DNA from: Caldisphaera sp.
GTDB taxonomy: Archaea > Thermoproteota > Thermoprotei_A > Sulfolobales > Acidilobaceae
DNA: 52,306 nt
Assembly (NCBI GenBank): GCA_049971805.1
Contig: JBMFKU010000010.1
Span: forward strand, 1-52,306
Direction: 5' to 3'
Shown piece after piece: positions 50,768 to 52,306 of this stretch (the stretch's first letter is position 1; the number at the start of each line of letters is the position of its first letter). Made by a program: the position numbers and the translations under genes. The notes beneath the pieces were generated by a model that had not been told where the DNA came from, searched no databases, and saw only the letters and a list, made by a program, of their open reading frames with translations.

Positions 50768-51994
50768 TTAGTTGTCCTGAGTTCTAATAATTTTTCCTTT
50801 ATATATTAATGTTTTTATTCTATCATAACCCCAATAATAACCTAGTTGATTTATATTTTCTAAGTCCCAAATTATCAGGTCTGCTCTTCCACCTACCTTA
50901 ATTGTTCCAACATCATTTAAGCCCAGACTATAGGCTGAATTAATTGTTGAATACGCCAAAGCTTCAATCGGTCTAAAATGAAGATAGTAAATAGATAAAT
51001 CCAAAACCGTTTGCATTGATATCATCGGACTATTAGGACTGTAATCAGTTCCTAGAGATATAATTGCTTTATTCTTTAAGTATTCAACTCTTGGCTTTTT
51101 ATCATCAAGCATTGCTAACATACTAGCAGGCAGCAAACCTGCGCTTGCATTTGATTTAGCAATCATTTCTAAGTTTTCTGGCGGAGAACTTTCTAAATGA
51201 TCTAATGAACCAATTGGAAATTCATTTAATAACCTTGAACATCCAATGTATTTTAATTGATCAGCATGCATACGCAATTTAAAACCATATTTTAATGCTT
51301 CTTTAAAAATTAATTTCGTCTGCTCTAAATTAAATGCCCCTTCATCACAAAATACATCAACATACTTGGCAAAATTATATCTGGCAACATTTGGCAGTAA
51401 TTGATTTATGAACATATCGATATAGCTTTCTTTACTACTTTCTTTGGGAAATATATGAGCAAGCAATGTTGGTATAACATCGTATTTTTCTTTTAATATA
51501 TTTATTACCTTTAGCAATTTCATTTCATTTTCAAAGTCAAGCCCATAACCTGATTTAACTTCGATAGTAGTAGTTCCAAGATACAAAGCTTTGCTCAAAA
51601 CCTTTTCTAGTTTTTCAATTAGATATTCCAAAGATGATTTTCTAGTTTTTTCTACAGTTTTAAATATTCCACCTCCGCTCTTTAGAATTTCCGAGTAATC
51701 TATTCCTGATAATTTTTTTTCCAATTCATCTTCTCTGCTTCCATCAAATAAAGCATGGGTGTGCATATCAACAAGACCTGGAGTCACTAAGCAATTTTTT
51801 GCATCTATAATATTTTCGCTCATAAATTTGCTTTTTATATATTCGGATTTACCTACATCAAGTATTTTACCATTCTTTATTGCAATACCCGCATTTTCTA
51901 AAATAACGGTATTATTGCTATCAATCTTTCTAATTGGTTCCTTAAAATAAACCAATTGTCCAATATTAATTATTAATGTATCAACCTTATTCAT
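50768..51994 (-). CDS. hutI: Imidazolonepropionase
   Basis: PGLVDMHTH, GGGI, EVKSGYGL, DVFCDEG, HADQL, DHLE and TDYSP motifs. Confidence 0.93.
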   Translation of the reverse strand: MNKVDTLIINIGQLVYFKEPIRKIDSNNTVILENAGIAIKNGKILDVGKSEYIKSKFMSENIIDAKNCLVTPGLVDMHTHALFDGSREDELEKKLSGIDYSEILKSGGGIFKTVEKTRKSSLEYLIEKLEKVLSKALYLGTTTIEVKSGYGLDFENEMKLLKVINILKEKYDVIPTLLAHIFPKESSKESYIDMFINQLLPNVARYNFAKYVDVFCDEGAFNLEQTKLIFKEALKYGFKLRMHADQLKYIGCSRLLNEFPIGSLDHLESSPPENLEMIAKSNASAGLLPASMLAMLDDKKPRVEYLKNKAIISLGTDYSPNSPMISMQTVLDLSIYYLHFRPIEALAYSTINSAYSLGLNDVGTIKVGGRADLIIWDLENINQLGYYWGYDRIKTLIYKGKIIRTQDN

Positions 51995-52216
51995 AACACA
52001 AACCCATTTTTAATAGATTTTGAGTATGTATAAACTTTTATGATCACTTTTATAATAATTTTTAAATTTAGTGTTATTTTGATATTAAATTTAATATAAT
52101 GTTTAATGTATATTTATATTCTTAGTTAATTAATATTAAATTGTATAAAAGGTGGTGTAGATTATGTTAAATTTTATAGCAAATGAAGCATTAAGCAATT
52201 ATGGAGGTAAATAGAC

Positions 52217-52306
52217 TTGAGCAAGATAAGATCGGTTAAAAATTTTGTTGATAATAAATACATTGAAGTAGAATCTGATAAATATTATAATGTCTATAAT
52301 CCTGCA
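52217..52306 (+). CDS. Aldehyde dehydrogenase family protein, N-terminal fragment (runs off window)
   Basis: SD GGAGGT then TTG: MSKIRSVKNFVDNKYIEVESDKYYNVYNPA, a typical ALDH start (NF...V.NPA). Confidence 0.6.
   Translation, partial: MSKIRSVKNFVDNKYIEVESDKYYNVYNPA

Overview
AT-rich archaeal chromosome segment. SD motifs GGTGA/GGAGG, TATA promoters, TFB, TFEbeta, Gar1, SRP19, AglB and intron-less tRNAs without encoded CCA point to a crenarchaeon; a Caldisphaera/Acidilobales-like host is my inference. Most of the window is housekeeping: aglB, an RNA-modification run (trm112, nep1, trm10, rnhB), tRNA-Ala(GGC), SRP RNA, transporters, pelota, atpD, a split TFEbeta-srp19/gar1-tfb cluster, a CoA-transferase pair, the alternative heme (ahb) operon, nnr, tRNA-Arg(CCT), hps, ilvD and hutI. 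The notable items are: (1) a 1401-aa RecQ-family helicase with an N-terminal membrane anchor and a degenerate DEDDh-like region, followed by a small two-helix membrane protein; (2) a translationally coupled secreted sedolisin (S53) plus PNGase A-family pair, a candidate extracellular glycoprotein-scavenging system, with a thermopsin-like gene nearby; (3) a DsrE-like gene broken exactly at an in-register A-AAA-AAT -1 slippery heptamer; (4) a tRNA-Arg 5' flank that can form 16 of 17 base pairs with the tRNA's own 5' strand; (5) two related ~200-nt structured elements resembling tnpB 3'-end/omegaRNA remnants; (6) a ybjQ pseudogene and several short exact duplications. No CRISPR array was seen. 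All family calls come from motif recognition, not database searches.
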